Of a DNA stretch of 64,000 nucleotides, positions 45,902 to 55,942 are shown piece by piece. Positions within the stretch are counted from its first letter, which is position 1. Every line of letters begins with the position of its first letter. Made by a program: the position numbers and the translations under genes. The DNA is taken from assembly GCA_965203905.1 (NCBI GenBank), contig CBDBDQ010000005.1:4032001-4096000 (forward strand). Direction: 5' to 3'. The stretch comes from Spirochaetia bacterium. Lineage in GTDB: Bacteria; Spirochaetota; Spirochaetia; SZUA-6; Bin103. Below the pieces are notes generated by a model. It worked only from the letters and a program-made list of their open reading frames with translations, did not search any database and was not told where the DNA came from.

Positions 45902-47301
45902 TGGAGCTGCCGCGCCCCGGCAGGCCGTTCGCAGTTGCCATGGCAGGCCTGCTGGCGCTTTCTCAGAGCGGCTATGGCGACTCGCCTCCGGCGGACCCGC
46001 GCGCCGACTGGCGGGTGGGCATCACCGCCCTGCGCGCGGTGCACCTGTCAGCGCAGAACGCCTATCTCGCCAGCGCCATTCCGCGTCTGTTGCTGGAGCG
46101 TCTGGCCCCCGTCCGCCGGCACCGGCTGAGCGCCGCTGAACGACTCGGTCGCGCCCGGCTGGTGCTGACCGACGCCACCCGGGTCGCGAGCGAACGTCTG
46201 GCCGAGCTCCAGCGGCGCCGCGATCGGGCGGCGTTGGCACGGACCGAGACCGACGAACTGGAGCAGCAGCTCGCGGAGGCGCACGACCGGCTGCAGGCAC
46301 TGCGTGAGCTGCCGCTCGAGGAGCTGGAGATTGCGGACCACAAGCCGCTGGTCATGACCGAGGTGGGCAGTGACGATCCGCTGCTGCCGGCACCCCGGTT
46401 CTCGCCGCTGCAGGCGGCCCGCGAGGCCGACCTCGACCTGTTGATTACCGGCGAACTGGAGGAGGTCGACGGCGTGCTGTTCATGCAGATCCGTGCGCTG
46501 GACGCGAACCTCGAGCGCCAGGTGCTCTCCTTTCGCGACGTGGTACGCGGTGAGCGACTCGACGAAACCCTCTCCGAGGTCGAGCGGCAGCTCGCCGAGC
46601 TGTTGCTCGGCGAGCCGTGGGGGACGCTCAGGGTGGCGCCCACGCCGGCGCAGAGCGCCGTATACGTGGACGGCGTGTTTGCCGGGCTCGGTGTGGTCGA
46701 GTTGCCGTACCAGGTGCTCGGACCGCACACCGTCCGCGTCACGGCACCGGGCCACGAGCCGCTGGAGCGCACGGTGACGCTGGCCGCCAGCGGGTCCACC
46801 CTGGCGCCGGCCCTGGAGCCGTTGGCGCCGCGGCCGGTCACCGTGGTCTCCGAGCCGCCGGGCGCGACGCTCTACCTCGACTCGCGCTACCTCGGGATCA
46901 CGCCTCTGCAGGTGGCGGCTTCCGAGCGACCCGCCCGCGTGCTGGTACGACTGGAAGGCTATCGCGATGCCGCCCTCGTGCTCCGTTCCGACAGTGCCTC
47001 CCCGCTGCGGATCGGCCTGGTGCGCGACGAGTACGACCTGGCACAGTTCCAGCAGCAGCAGCGCGATCGTTTCTACGTACACTTCGGTACCGCGGTGCTG
47101 TCGCTGGCGGGCCCCATGATCCTGTTCAGTGCGGCGGGGGAAGCGGGACAACGGGTGGCGGCGGGCGGGTCCGCCGGCGCCAGTCACGGCCTGCTGATCG
47201 GCGGCGGAGTCGCCAGCCTGCTGGTGAGCGGCGTGCTGCTGGTACGCACGGTGGCGGCGTTGGGGGATTACCTGGCGGCCGCGGGCGACGGGGCACGCTG
47301 A
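45901..47301 (+). CDS. PEGA domain-containing protein
   Basis: Two PEGA repeats (AVYVDGVFAG; SEPPGATLYLDSRYLGITPL); C-terminal hydrophobic helices; TGATG coupling to both neighbours. Confidence 0.8.
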   Translation: MELPRPGRPFAVAMAGLLALSQSGYGDSPPADPRADWRVGITALRAVHLSAQNAYLASAIPRLLLERLAPVRRHRLSAAERLGRARLVLTDATRVASERLAELQRRRDRAALARTETDELEQQLAEAHDRLQALRELPLEELEIADHKPLVMTEVGSDDPLLPAPRFSPLQAAREADLDLLITGELEEVDGVLFMQIRALDANLERQVLSFRDVVRGERLDETLSEVERQLAELLLGEPWGTLRVAPTPAQSAVYVDGVFAGLGVVELPYQVLGPHTVRVTAPGHEPLERTVTLAASGSTLAPALEPLAPRPVTVVSEPPGATLYLDSRYLGITPLQVAASERPARVLVRLEGYRDAALVLRSDSASPLRIGLVRDEYDLAQFQQQQRDRFYVHFGTAVLSLAGPMILFSAAGEAGQRVAAGGSAGASHGLLIGGGVASLLVSGVLLVRTVAALGDYLAAAGDGAR

Positions 47302-48176
47302 TGGCGCGAAGAGGCGCCGAACGCACCTTCGGTGGGCGGCTGCGGGCGTGGTTCACGCGCACCACGGCGTGGCGGGAGGCGGACTTCGAGGCCCTGGAGG
47401 ACACGCTGCTGGAGGGCGACTTCGGACCGCGGCTGGCGGCCGAGCTGGTGGACGAAGTGCGTGCCAGGCGCCCGCGTGACTGGGAGCAGCTCCAGCTCGG
47501 CCTGGAGGAGGTGCTGCAGCACACGCTGACCACCGCGGTCATCATGCCGCGCCGGCGTCAGCTCACCGTGGTGCTGATGCTCGGCGTCAACGGCGTCGGC
47601 AAGACCACGGCGCTGGCCAAGCTGGCGCACCGGTTCCAGCGCTCCTATGCGGTGATGTTTGCGGCCGCCGACACCTTCCGCGCCGCCGCCATTGAGCAGC
47701 TCCAGCGCCACGGTGAACGCCTGGGGCTTCCCGTGATCCGCCAGGCCCGCGGCGCCGATGCCGCCGCGGTGGCCTACGATGCCATCAGCAGCGCCCGCGC
47801 TCGCGGTATCGAGCTGCTCCTGGTGGACACTGCCGGCCGCATGCACAACCGTGCCGACCTGGTCGCCGAACTGCGCAAGCTGGCGCGGGTGGTCGCGGAG
47901 CGCGCGGCCGGCGCCGGGGCGATCCACCACCTGCTGGCGGTGGACGCCACGACCGGCCAGAACGCCATCGAGCAGGCGCGCATCTTTCACGAGGCCCTGC
48001 GCGTGGATTCGCTGCTGCTGTCCAAGTTCGACTCCTCGGCGCGCGGCGGTACGGCATTCGCGGTGAGCCGTCAACTCGGGCTGCCGTTCTCGCTGCTGGG
48101 CACCGGAGAGGGGATGGACGACCTGGAGCCGTTCGACGCCCAGCGCTTCGCAGCGGCCGTGGTCGGTCGGGAGTGA
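47301..48176 (+). CDS. ftsY: Signal recognition particle receptor FtsY (NG domain only)
   Basis: GVNGVGKTT, DTFRAAA, DTAGR, DATTGQN, GTGEGMDDL.PFD. Confidence 0.95.
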   Translation: MARRGAERTFGGRLRAWFTRTTAWREADFEALEDTLLEGDFGPRLAAELVDEVRARRPRDWEQLQLGLEEVLQHTLTTAVIMPRRRQLTVVLMLGVNGVGKTTALAKLAHRFQRSYAVMFAAADTFRAAAIEQLQRHGERLGLPVIRQARGADAAAVAYDAISSARARGIELLLVDTAGRMHNRADLVAELRKLARVVAERAAGAGAIHHLLAVDATTGQNAIEQARIFHEALRVDSLLLSKFDSSARGGTAFAVSRQLGLPFSLLGTGEGMDDLEPFDAQRFAAAVVGRE

Positions 48177-49366
48177 GGCCGAGGTCCCGGCGCCGGCCTG
48201 GCCGCGCAGCGCGGCGCACCGGTCGGGCCGCGGCTGCCGCGGCGCTGGCATGGGTCGCGGCCGTGCCGCTGGCCGCGGCCGAGTACTATCGCGCGGACCG
48301 CTTCGGTACGCCGCTGGAGCCGCTCGCCGGGAACCCCGGACCCGGCGCCGGCTTCGTGCTGGCCGTGGACACCGCGGCCGAGGCGGAGGCTGCCGGCCTG
48401 CAGGCGCGCCGGCGGCTGCTGCAGGGCGGGGAGACGGTCCACGAATGGCGCCGCACGGCCGCCGGCGGGGGCAGCCTGGAGCAGGAGCTGGAGGCGGGCA
48501 GGATGGTTGCCGAGCGCCGCTACGACGGCGCCGGGCTGCTGCTGGAGGAGCGGCGCTTCGCCGCCACCGGAGAGTTGCACCGGCGCGACGTGCTGCACTA
48601 TCGCGGCTCCACCCTGTACCAGGTTGAGACCTACGATGCCACCGGCGCACTGCTGGCGACGGACCGCTTCGACCTTACCGCGGCCGGCCGCCTGCGTCGC
48701 TTCACCCGGATCCCCCTGCCCGATGCGAGCGGTGCCACCGCTCCGGCCGTGCTGAGCCTGGTGTTCGGCCGGGGACAGGTGATCGAAGAGCGCCATGGCG
48801 CCGGCGACGACGAGCTGATCGTGCGCTCCTCCGGAGGAACCGAATATGCGCGCGAGGAGTGGGCCGGCGACCGGTTGCTGGCCGAGCACCGTTCGCCACC
48901 GACCGCGGCGGACGAGCCGGTGGCAACCAGCATCGACGGTCTCGCGGAGACCCGTACCGAGACCACCTACGACGCCGCCGGACGCCCGGAGGTGGTTCGG
49001 AGTTACGCCGTGAGCGGCGCGGACGACGGCGACCGGTTGCTGGAAGAGCGCCGGTTCCGCTACCACGCCGATGGCTCCCTCGCCGCGCTGGAGGTGGCCG
49101 GAGATTCCGGCATCGAGACCTACCGTTACACTTACGACGCCGGTGGCCGGCGCGTCCGCGAGGAATACCGGCGTCGCGGGCGGGTGGTGCGGGTCACCAC
49201 CTATCCCACGCCCGAGGAACGGATCGACGAGGTGTACAGCGCGGACGCTACCGTGTTGCGGGTGTTCTGGCGGAACCAGGTACGGGTGCGCGAGGAGCTG
49301 CTGCGCGACGGAGCTCTCATCCGCACCCACGAACCGGCTCCGGCCACCGCGGCGGGGTCGTCGTGA
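48173..49366 (+). CDS. Exported hypothetical protein with YD/YwqK-like beta repeats
   Basis: Signal peptide; repeated YDxxG units (RYDGAG, TYDATG, TYDAAG, TYDAGG). Confidence 0.65.
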   Translation: MRPRSRRRPGRAARRTGRAAAAAALAWVAAVPLAAAEYYRADRFGTPLEPLAGNPGPGAGFVLAVDTAAEAEAAGLQARRRLLQGGETVHEWRRTAAGGGSLEQELEAGRMVAERRYDGAGLLLEERRFAATGELHRRDVLHYRGSTLYQVETYDATGALLATDRFDLTAAGRLRRFTRIPLPDASGATAPAVLSLVFGRGQVIEERHGAGDDELIVRSSGGTEYAREEWAGDRLLAEHRSPPTAADEPVATSIDGLAETRTETTYDAAGRPEVVRSYAVSGADDGDRLLEERRFRYHADGSLAALEVAGDSGIETYRYTYDAGGRRVREEYRRRGRVVRVTTYPTPEERIDEVYSADATVLRVFWRNQVRVREELLRDGALIRTHEPAPATAAGSS

Positions 49367-50739
49367 CGGGCCTGCTGCCGCATCATCTGAGGCTGGTGGT
49401 GCGGACCGGGGCGCACCACCTCGGCATTGGCCGCGGCGGACTGCAGACGGCGCCGTTGCTGGCGGTGAGTGGGCTGGCGGTCGGCACCGCTACGCTGCTC
49501 GTGGTGCTGGCGGTGATGAATGGATTTCAGCTCGGTTTCATCGAAGACATCCTCGAAATAGGCTCCTATCACCTCCGCGTCACGCCGCGCGCCGACGCCG
49601 CCCGCGCTGGCACCGGCGAATCCGAGCGCGTCGCCGCCCTGCTGTCCGCGCTGCCCGGTGTCACCGCCGTGGTCCCGTTCGCGGAGATTCCGGCCCTGGT
49701 CGGCAGGGCAGGGAGCGGCGGCGGGTCACGGTCGCGCGGCCTGCTGTTGCGCGTTGTGCCGCCGGAGGTGCGCCGCCTCGACCCCGGGTTCGCGCGCCAC
49801 GTGGAAGTGGTAGCGGGAGAATTCGCCGTCGATACGGCGGCAAGCATCGTCCTGGGCGCCGAGCTGGCCTCGCACCTCCGGGTGTTCCCCGGGGACCAGG
49901 TGACGGTGGTCACGCTCAGCGGTCTGGCCGGCGGCACCGCCGGCGCCGGCCTGCGGCCGCGCCAGGAGCGGCTCACGGTACGCGGGGTGTTCCGCAGCGG
50001 GCTGTACCAGTACGACCTCGGATGGGGCTTCGTCGGCCCTTCCACCGCGCTGGCGGCGACTCCGAGCTCGACCGCGGGCACGCCGCGGATCTACGGCGCA
50101 AAACTGGACAATCGGTTTCGCGACGCGGCGGCGGCGGCGGCGGCGCGCGGCGCGCTGGCGGCAGAGGAGATCGCCGCCGACGTGGAGTCGTGGCGGGTCT
50201 TCAACCGGGCCCTGTTTGCCGCACTGCGCGTGGAGAAGTTGCTCATGGTGGCGATCCTGGGGCTGGTATTTGTCGTGGTGGCGTACAATGTCCTGCAGGG
50301 ACTGCGCCGCCGGGTGGTGGAGCGCAGTGCGGAGATCGGACTGCTGCGCGCTCTCGGTGCGCCGCCGTGGGCGGTGCGCGGCGTGTTCGTCTGGGAGGGT
50401 GTGTTGCTCGGACTGCTGGGCGCCGCGGCCGGCATCGCCCTGGGGCTGCTGCTGGCGCACAACATCGACGACCTGTTCGCGGCGCTGGAAGCGGTGGCCA
50501 ACGCCGCCCTGGCATTGGCGGCGTGGCTCTCCGGTGCGGCCGGTACCGGCACCGGCGTCACCTCGGTGGAGATCTTCTCGCCGGCGACCTTCTACCTGGT
50601 CGAGGTGCCGAGCCGCCTGATCCTGACGGAGGTGCTGCTGGTGGCGGCGTTCACGGTGGCCGCCCCGGCGCTTTCCGGGCTGGCCGCGGCTACCCGTGCC
50701 GGCCGCGTGGCGGCGGCCGCCGCGTTGCGCGCCGAGTGA
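49363..50739 (+). CDS. Lipoprotein-releasing ABC permease (LolC/E, FtsX family)
   Basis: LLVVLAVMNGF, GVFRSGLYQYD, LFAALRVEK, EIGLLRALGA. Confidence 0.88.
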   Translation: MTGLLPHHLRLVVRTGAHHLGIGRGGLQTAPLLAVSGLAVGTATLLVVLAVMNGFQLGFIEDILEIGSYHLRVTPRADAARAGTGESERVAALLSALPGVTAVVPFAEIPALVGRAGSGGGSRSRGLLLRVVPPEVRRLDPGFARHVEVVAGEFAVDTAASIVLGAELASHLRVFPGDQVTVVTLSGLAGGTAGAGLRPRQERLTVRGVFRSGLYQYDLGWGFVGPSTALAATPSSTAGTPRIYGAKLDNRFRDAAAAAAARGALAAEEIAADVESWRVFNRALFAALRVEKLLMVAILGLVFVVVAYNVLQGLRRRVVERSAEIGLLRALGAPPWAVRGVFVWEGVLLGLLGAAAGIALGLLLAHNIDDLFAALEAVANAALALAAWLSGAAGTGTGVTSVEIFSPATFYLVEVPSRLILTEVLLVAAFTVAAPALSGLAAATRAGRVAAAAALRAE

Positions 50740-50784
50740 TCGGTCCGCCACCCCGCCGTGGCCGGCAGGTGACGCTTTGAGGCG

Positions 50785-51468
50785 GTGGCGGTGGCGGTAG
50801 CGGTACGCGCCACGGGCCTGTGGAAGCACTACCCGAGCGCGGCGGGGCGGCTCACCGTGCTGCGTGGCGTGGACCTGGTCATCGAGCCGGCAGCCACGGT
50901 GGCCATTACCGGCGAGAGCGGATCCGGCAAGAGCACACTGCTGAACATCGTCGCGGGTCTGGATCACTTCGGGCCGGGCAGCGTGCAGGTGGGGGGCGCC
51001 GATCTCGGGATCCTGGATGAGGCCGAGCTGGCGCGCTACCGTCGTTCCCTGGGCTTGATCTTTCAGTTCCACCACCTGCTGCGCGACTTCAGCGCCCTGG
51101 ACAACCTGCTGGTTCCGGCGCTTATCCGCGGCCAGCGGCGCGCCCACGCCCGGCGCCGCGCGCGCGACCTGCTGGCCGCCGTCGGACTGGAGGAGCGCGC
51201 CCACTTCTTCCCGGCGGAGCTGTCCGGGGGTGAGCGCCAGCGGGTGGCCGTGGCCCGCGCTCTGGCCGGCGACCCGGTGCTGGTACTGGCCGATGAGCCT
51301 ACCGGCAACCTGGATGAACGCAACTCGCAGGTGGTAGCCGACCTGCTGTTCGACCTGGTGCGGGAGGAGGGTGCGACCCTGGTGCTGGTCACCCACGATC
51401 CGCTGCTCGCGGCGCGCGCCGACGTCGCGTACCGGCTCGCCGGCGGCGTGCTGCAGCGGGCGCCATGA
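50785..51468 (+). CDS. lolD: Lipoprotein-releasing ABC ATPase
   Basis: GESGSGKST, IFQFHHLL, LSGGERQR, LADEPTGNLD. Confidence 0.88.
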   Translation: MAVAVAVRATGLWKHYPSAAGRLTVLRGVDLVIEPAATVAITGESGSGKSTLLNIVAGLDHFGPGSVQVGGADLGILDEAELARYRRSLGLIFQFHHLLRDFSALDNLLVPALIRGQRRAHARRRARDLLAAVGLEERAHFFPAELSGGERQRVAVARALAGDPVLVLADEPTGNLDERNSQVVADLLFDLVREEGATLVLVTHDPLLAARADVAYRLAGGVLQRAP

Positions 51469-52877
51469 GCGAGGGGACCACCCGGTCCGGCCCTGCCCCC
51501 GCGTGGATGAGCTGGCGCCTGGTGCCGCGGCTGGCATGGCGCTACCTGGTGCGCCGCCGCGGCGCGGCCGGCGCCGGCGCCTACCTTGGCGGGGCCGCGC
51601 TCGGCATCGGGCTGAGCTTGGTGCCGCTGATCGTGGTGCTGGAGGTGTCCGACGGCCTCATCGCGGGGATCACGCGCCGCTTCCTGGAAGTGGGCAGCTA
51701 CCACCTGCAGGTGGGCCTGCCGCCCGGGCTGGAAGCCGACGCCGCGCTGCGGCGGCTGCTGCTGGACGACCTCGCCATGCGTCTGGAGCTGGGGGTTGGC
51801 GCGGTGACCAGTGCCGGCCGCGAACGCCAGGGGGTGGCGCTCGCCGCGGCCGGCGCACGCCGCCACGTGGTGACGGTGCGGGCGCTGGCCGAAGACCTGT
51901 ACCGTCGCGACGCCGGCCTGCGCCACTACCTCGGGGTGGTGGCCGGCGGGTTCGACCTGCAGGGCAGGGGGGTGGTGGTGTCGCGCGAGGTGGCGCGGCA
52001 GCTCGGCCTCCAGGTCGGGGACCGGCTGGCGATGGTGACGGCGCTTGACCGCGGCACCAGCCGCGGGGGCTCGGTGCTGGTGCCCAAGCTCACGCCCCTG
52101 GAGGTGCGCGCCATCGTCGCCACCGGCTACCAGGAACTGGACAAGCTCTGGGTGTTCGTGTCGCATGCCACCGGCGAGCGGTTGCTGCCGCCGGGCAGCG
52201 GACGCGACTTTGTCGGCGTCAAGGTCGATGACCCCTTCGCCGACCTGCGTCCGGTACTGGAGGCCGCGGCGACGGTGGCGGGGCCCGGCCACACGCTCCA
52301 TACCTGGTATCAGCTGGAGCGCGCCAACTACGAGTCGTTCGCCACCAGCCGCGCGCTGCTGCTGCTGATCATGGCGCTGATCGTGGCGGTAGCCGGAGTC
52401 AACGTGGCCTCGGCAACGGTTACCGTGGCGCTGGCACGGCGCCAGGAGGTGGCGTTCCTCAAGAGCCAGGGACTGCCGCCGGAGGTGGTCTTCTGGTCGC
52501 TCACGGGCAGCGGCCTGCTGGCCGGTATCCTCGGCGCCGCGATCGGGATCGCCGGCGGTCTGGCGGCGGCCCTCAACATCAACGAGATCGTGGCCGGTCT
52601 GGAGGCGGTCGCTACCGCCGCACGTTACGCGGCCGCGCTGCTGCTGACGCCCGGCGCCGGCGTCCCGGGTGCGGTGACGCTGATCGACCGCGGCTTCTAC
52701 CTGGAGCAGATCCCGATCGACGTGGAGCTGGTGCCGCTGTGCGTCGTTGCCGGTGGCAGCATCACCCTGGCGGCGGTGGCCACCGCAATCCCCGCCGCGC
52801 GGGCCGCGCGGCGCCTGCCGCTGGAGGTGCTGCGCCGCTCGCAGATGGCCGGGGTCGAGGGGCCGGAGGCGCCGTGA
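51465..52877 (+). CDS. Lipoprotein-releasing ABC permease (LolE/FtsX family)
   Basis: LSLVPLIVVLEVSDG, TGYQELDK, EVAFLKSQG, FYLEQIP. Confidence 0.85.
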   Translation: MSEGTTRSGPAPAWMSWRLVPRLAWRYLVRRRGAAGAGAYLGGAALGIGLSLVPLIVVLEVSDGLIAGITRRFLEVGSYHLQVGLPPGLEADAALRRLLLDDLAMRLELGVGAVTSAGRERQGVALAAAGARRHVVTVRALAEDLYRRDAGLRHYLGVVAGGFDLQGRGVVVSREVARQLGLQVGDRLAMVTALDRGTSRGGSVLVPKLTPLEVRAIVATGYQELDKLWVFVSHATGERLLPPGSGRDFVGVKVDDPFADLRPVLEAAATVAGPGHTLHTWYQLERANYESFATSRALLLLIMALIVAVAGVNVASATVTVALARRQEVAFLKSQGLPPEVVFWSLTGSGLLAGILGAAIGIAGGLAAALNINEIVAGLEAVATAARYAAALLLTPGAGVPGAVTLIDRGFYLEQIPIDVELVPLCVVAGGSITLAAVATAIPAARAARRLPLEVLRRSQMAGVEGPEAP

Positions 52878-52910
52878 GCAGCAGGCTGCCGCGGACCGCT
52901 GCACGCGCCC

Positions 52911-52939
52911 TTGATCGGCTGCGCCGCATGGACTATAAC
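52911..52939 (+). promoter_or_regulatory. Possible distal sigma70 promoter upstream of clpC
   Basis: TTGATC-17 bp-TATAAC. Confidence 0.45.
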
Positions 52940-53112
52940 GGCTTGCATGGTGCGCCTCTCGCGCTACGTTCCTCACCCCCCGCACCGCCGTTTGCGCGGC
53001 GGCCACGAATCGACGATACTGAATACAGACTCGGCCTCACGCAGGCACCGGAACCCGCTTGCCGGATCGCAGCATCCAGCCCGGCCATGCAGGCGGATAC
53101 ACGGCATGCATG

Positions 53113-53121
53113 TGGTATACT
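53113..53121 (+). promoter_or_regulatory. Extended -10 promoter upstream of clpC
   Basis: TGgTATACT. Confidence 0.5.
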
Positions 53122-53138
53122 GAGAGGAGCCGTTACCA

Positions 53139-53234
53139 GTGACAGCACAGATCCAAGTTCGAGCACGGCATTACGAAGCACACTCGCGGCATCTCGAACG
53201 ATGCTCGCACGATCGGCGGAAATGGCATGTTTAA
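53139..53234 (+). CDS. Possible 31-aa upstream ORF overlapping the clpC start
   Basis: GAGAGGAG 9 nt before GTG 53139; (M)[30 protein letters not shown]; stop overlaps the clpC 5' end. Confidence 0.3.
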   Translation: MTAQIQVRARHYEAHSRHLERCSHDRRKWHV

Positions 53235-55749
53235 GGGTTTGACACAGCGGGCGCACAAGGTTCTCACGATCCTGGCTCAGGAAGAAGCAAAGCGGTTTCA
53301 TTCGGAGCAGTCGCTGCCGGAGCACGTGATTCTGGCGTTGCTCAAGGATGGTGAAGGAGTAGCCGTCAAGGCTCTGCAGCGCGTAAAGATCAATGTTGCC
53401 GAAATGCAGATGGAGATCGAGCGCACGGTACCGAAGGGTACCGGAGGGCTGATTCTCGGCGACGTGCCGGCGTCCAAGCGGGCGCGGAAGATGTTGGAGA
53501 CCTCGGCCGAGGAGGCTTCCAGCATGGGTCACGAGCTGATCGGCACCGAGCACTTTCTGCTGGCCGCGGCGCGCGAACGCGACGGGGTGGTGACGCGTTA
53601 CCTGCAGAAGTTCAACGTCACTCCCAACATGCTGCGCGAGGCCATCATCCGCATCAACGGTCTCGGTGACGTGCAGCAGCGCAGCAGCGGCAGCAGCGGG
53701 CAACGGCGGCGCAGCCAGAGCTCCACGCGCAAGCCCACGCCCACGCTGGACGAGTTCAGCCGCGACCTGACCACCCTGGCGCGGGAGGGCAAGCTGGATC
53801 CGGTGATCGGCCGCACCCGTGAGATCCAGCGCGTGATCCAGATACTGGCGCGCCGCACCAAGAACAACCCGGTCCTGATCGGGGAGCCGGGAGTGGGCAA
53901 GACCGCCATCGTCGAAGGCCTGGCCCAGAAAGTGGTCAACGGCACCGCGCCCGACGTGCTCCATGGCCGTCGCGTGCTGACGCTGGACCTCGCGTCCCTG
54001 GTCGCCGGCACCAAGTACCGCGGCGAGTTCGAGGAGCGGCTCAAGCGGGTGATGAAGGAAATCACCGGCGCCGGCAACGTGGTGCTGTTCATCGACGAGC
54101 TGCACACCATCATCGGCGCCGGCGGCGCCGAGGGCGCCATCGACGCCTCCAACATGCTCAAGCCGGCGCTGTCACGTGGCGAGTTGCAGTGTATCGGCGC
54201 CACCACGCTCAACGAGTTCCGCAAGTACATCGAGCGCGACGCCGCGCTGGAGCGCCGCTTCCAGGCGGTGTTCGTGGAAGAGCCCGAGGTCGACGACACC
54301 ATCGAGATTCTCAAGGGCATCAAGGATCGCTACGCCGAGCACCACCAGGTGGTATACACCTACGATTCCCTGGAGTCGGCGGCACAACTCTCGCAACGCT
54401 ACATCAGCGACCGCCACCTTCCGGACAAGGCGATCGACCTGCTGGACGAGGCGGGCGCCCGCAAGCGCATCGACAACAGCGTGCGGCCCAAGGAACTCAC
54501 CGATCTGGACGAGAAGATCGAACGCCTCAACATCGAGAAGAGCAACCTGGTGAACAGCCAGAACTACGAAAAGGCGGCTTCCGTGCGCGACCAGGTGCGC
54601 CAGCTCAAGGCGGACCTCGACAACCGCAAGAAGAAGTGGCAGCAGAACCTGCAGTCGGAACAGCGCCTGGTGGACGTGGAGGATATCCAGCAGGTGATCT
54701 CCGAGATCACCGGGATCCCATTGGCGCGGATCGTGCAGACCGAATCGGAACGCCTGCTCAACATCGAGGAGGAGCTGCACCGGCGCGTAGTCAGCCAGGA
54801 CGAGGCGATATCGGTCATCGCGGCCGCGATCCGGCGTTCGCGCACCGGCCTGTCATCGCCGCGCCGCCCGCTCGGTTCGTTCGTGTTCCTGGGACCGACG
54901 GGGGTCGGCAAGACCCTGGTGGCCAAGACCCTCGCCGAGTTCCTGTTCGGCAACGAGGATGCCCTGGTCCGTATCGACATGTCGGACTTCATGGAGAAGC
55001 ACAACGTCTCCCGGCTGGTGGGCGCGCCGCCGGGTTACGTCGGCTACGAAGAGGGCGGCATGCTCACCGAGCGGATCCGCCGGCGTCCCTACAGCGTGAT
55101 CCTGCTCGACGAAATCGAGAAGGCGCATCCCGACGTGTTCAACCTGCTGCTGCAGGTGCTGGAGGAAGGGCAGCTGCAGGATCAGCTCGGGCATACCGTG
55201 TCATTCCGCAACACGGTGCTGATCATGACCTCCAACGCGGGTGCCCGCGAGATCAGCGCGGAGTCCTCCCTGGGATTCCAGGTCGAGCCGGGCGGCAAGC
55301 AATTCTCGGAGATCCGCTCCCACGTGCTGGCCGAGATGAAGCGGCTGTTCAGCCCCGAGTTCCTGAACCGCATCGACGAGTCGGTGGTGTTCCACTCCTT
55401 GAGCAAGCCGGAGTTGGAGCAGATCCTGGAGCTGGAGCTGAACGACGTGCGGAAGCGCCTCGGCGACCAGCAGATCAGTCTTGAGGTGCGCAAGGAAGCG
55501 TGCGAGTACCTGATGGAGAAGGGCTACGACCCGAGGTACGGTGCGCGGCCGTTGCGCCGGGTGCTGCAGAAGGATATCGAGGACCCCCTGTCGCTGGATA
55601 TCCTGAAGGGCAGGTTCCTGCCGGGGAGCACCGCGGTTGCGTATGTCAGGGACGGCAAGCTGCGGTTCCGCCGCCGGCGTTCCAGCACCGCCAAGGCCCC
55701 TGCCCGCAAACAGACCGCTGAGCTGGTAGGTGCCGGTCAGGAGAAGTAA
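53227..55749 (+). CDS. clpC: ATP-dependent Clp protease ATP-binding subunit ClpC
   Basis: Clp N-domain, [11 protein letters not shown] coiled coil ([10 protein letters not shown]), [11 protein letters not shown] tripeptide, YGARPLRR. Confidence 0.95.
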   Translation: MFKGLTQRAHKVLTILAQEEAKRFHSEQSLPEHVILALLKDGEGVAVKALQRVKINVAEMQMEIERTVPKGTGGLILGDVPASKRARKMLETSAEEASSMGHELIGTEHFLLAAARERDGVVTRYLQKFNVTPNMLREAIIRINGLGDVQQRSSGSSGQRRRSQSSTRKPTPTLDEFSRDLTTLAREGKLDPVIGRTREIQRVIQILARRTKNNPVLIGEPGVGKTAIVEGLAQKVVNGTAPDVLHGRRVLTLDLASLVAGTKYRGEFEERLKRVMKEITGAGNVVLFIDELHTIIGAGGAEGAIDASNMLKPALSRGELQCIGATTLNEFRKYIERDAALERRFQAVFVEEPEVDDTIEILKGIKDRYAEHHQVVYTYDSLESAAQLSQRYISDRHLPDKAIDLLDEAGARKRIDNSVRPKELTDLDEKIERLNIEKSNLVNSQNYEKAASVRDQVRQLKADLDNRKKKWQQNLQSEQRLVDVEDIQQVISEITGIPLARIVQTESERLLNIEEELHRRVVSQDEAISVIAAAIRRSRTGLSSPRRPLGSFVFLGPTGVGKTLVAKTLAEFLFGNEDALVRIDMSDFMEKHNVSRLVGAPPGYVGYEEGGMLTERIRRRPYSVILLDEIEKAHPDVFNLLLQVLEEGQLQDQLGHTVSFRNTVLIMTSNAGAREISAESSLGFQVEPGGKQFSEIRSHVLAEMKRLFSPEFLNRIDESVVFHSLSKPELEQILELELNDVRKRLGDQQISLEVRKEACEYLMEKGYDPRYGARPLRRVLQKDIEDPLSLDILKGRFLPGSTAVAYVRDGKLRFRRRRSSTAKAPARKQTAELVGAGQEK

Positions 55750-55763
55750 CTGCCGCGCACTAG

Positions 55764-55923
55764 GCAGCCCGTGGCGGAACCCAGTGTCGCACCGAGAGCG
55801 GCGAGGCGCCCGGCTGGCAAGGCGCGACGAACGAGCATATCAGGGCATATGTGAACGAGGAGCAACGCAGCCAGCCGGGATGGATCGCTGCTCGAATGCA
55901 GCCGGAGTTCCGCCACGGGCTGC
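55764..55923. mobile_element. MITE-like element (160 bp) with 17-bp terminal inverted repeats
   Basis: GCAGCCCGTGGCGGAAC (55764-55780) ... GTTCCGCCACGGGCTGC (55907-55923), flanked by TAG/TAA; nested internal inverted repeat CCCGGCTGGC/GCCAGCCGGG. Confidence 0.8.
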
Positions 55924-55942
55924 TAAGCCGGCATCCGCGACG

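Noticed and set aside
55730-55942. N-terminal 71 aa of the TPR ORF
   Set aside because: Mostly MITE sequence; a signal peptide begins at GTG 55943.
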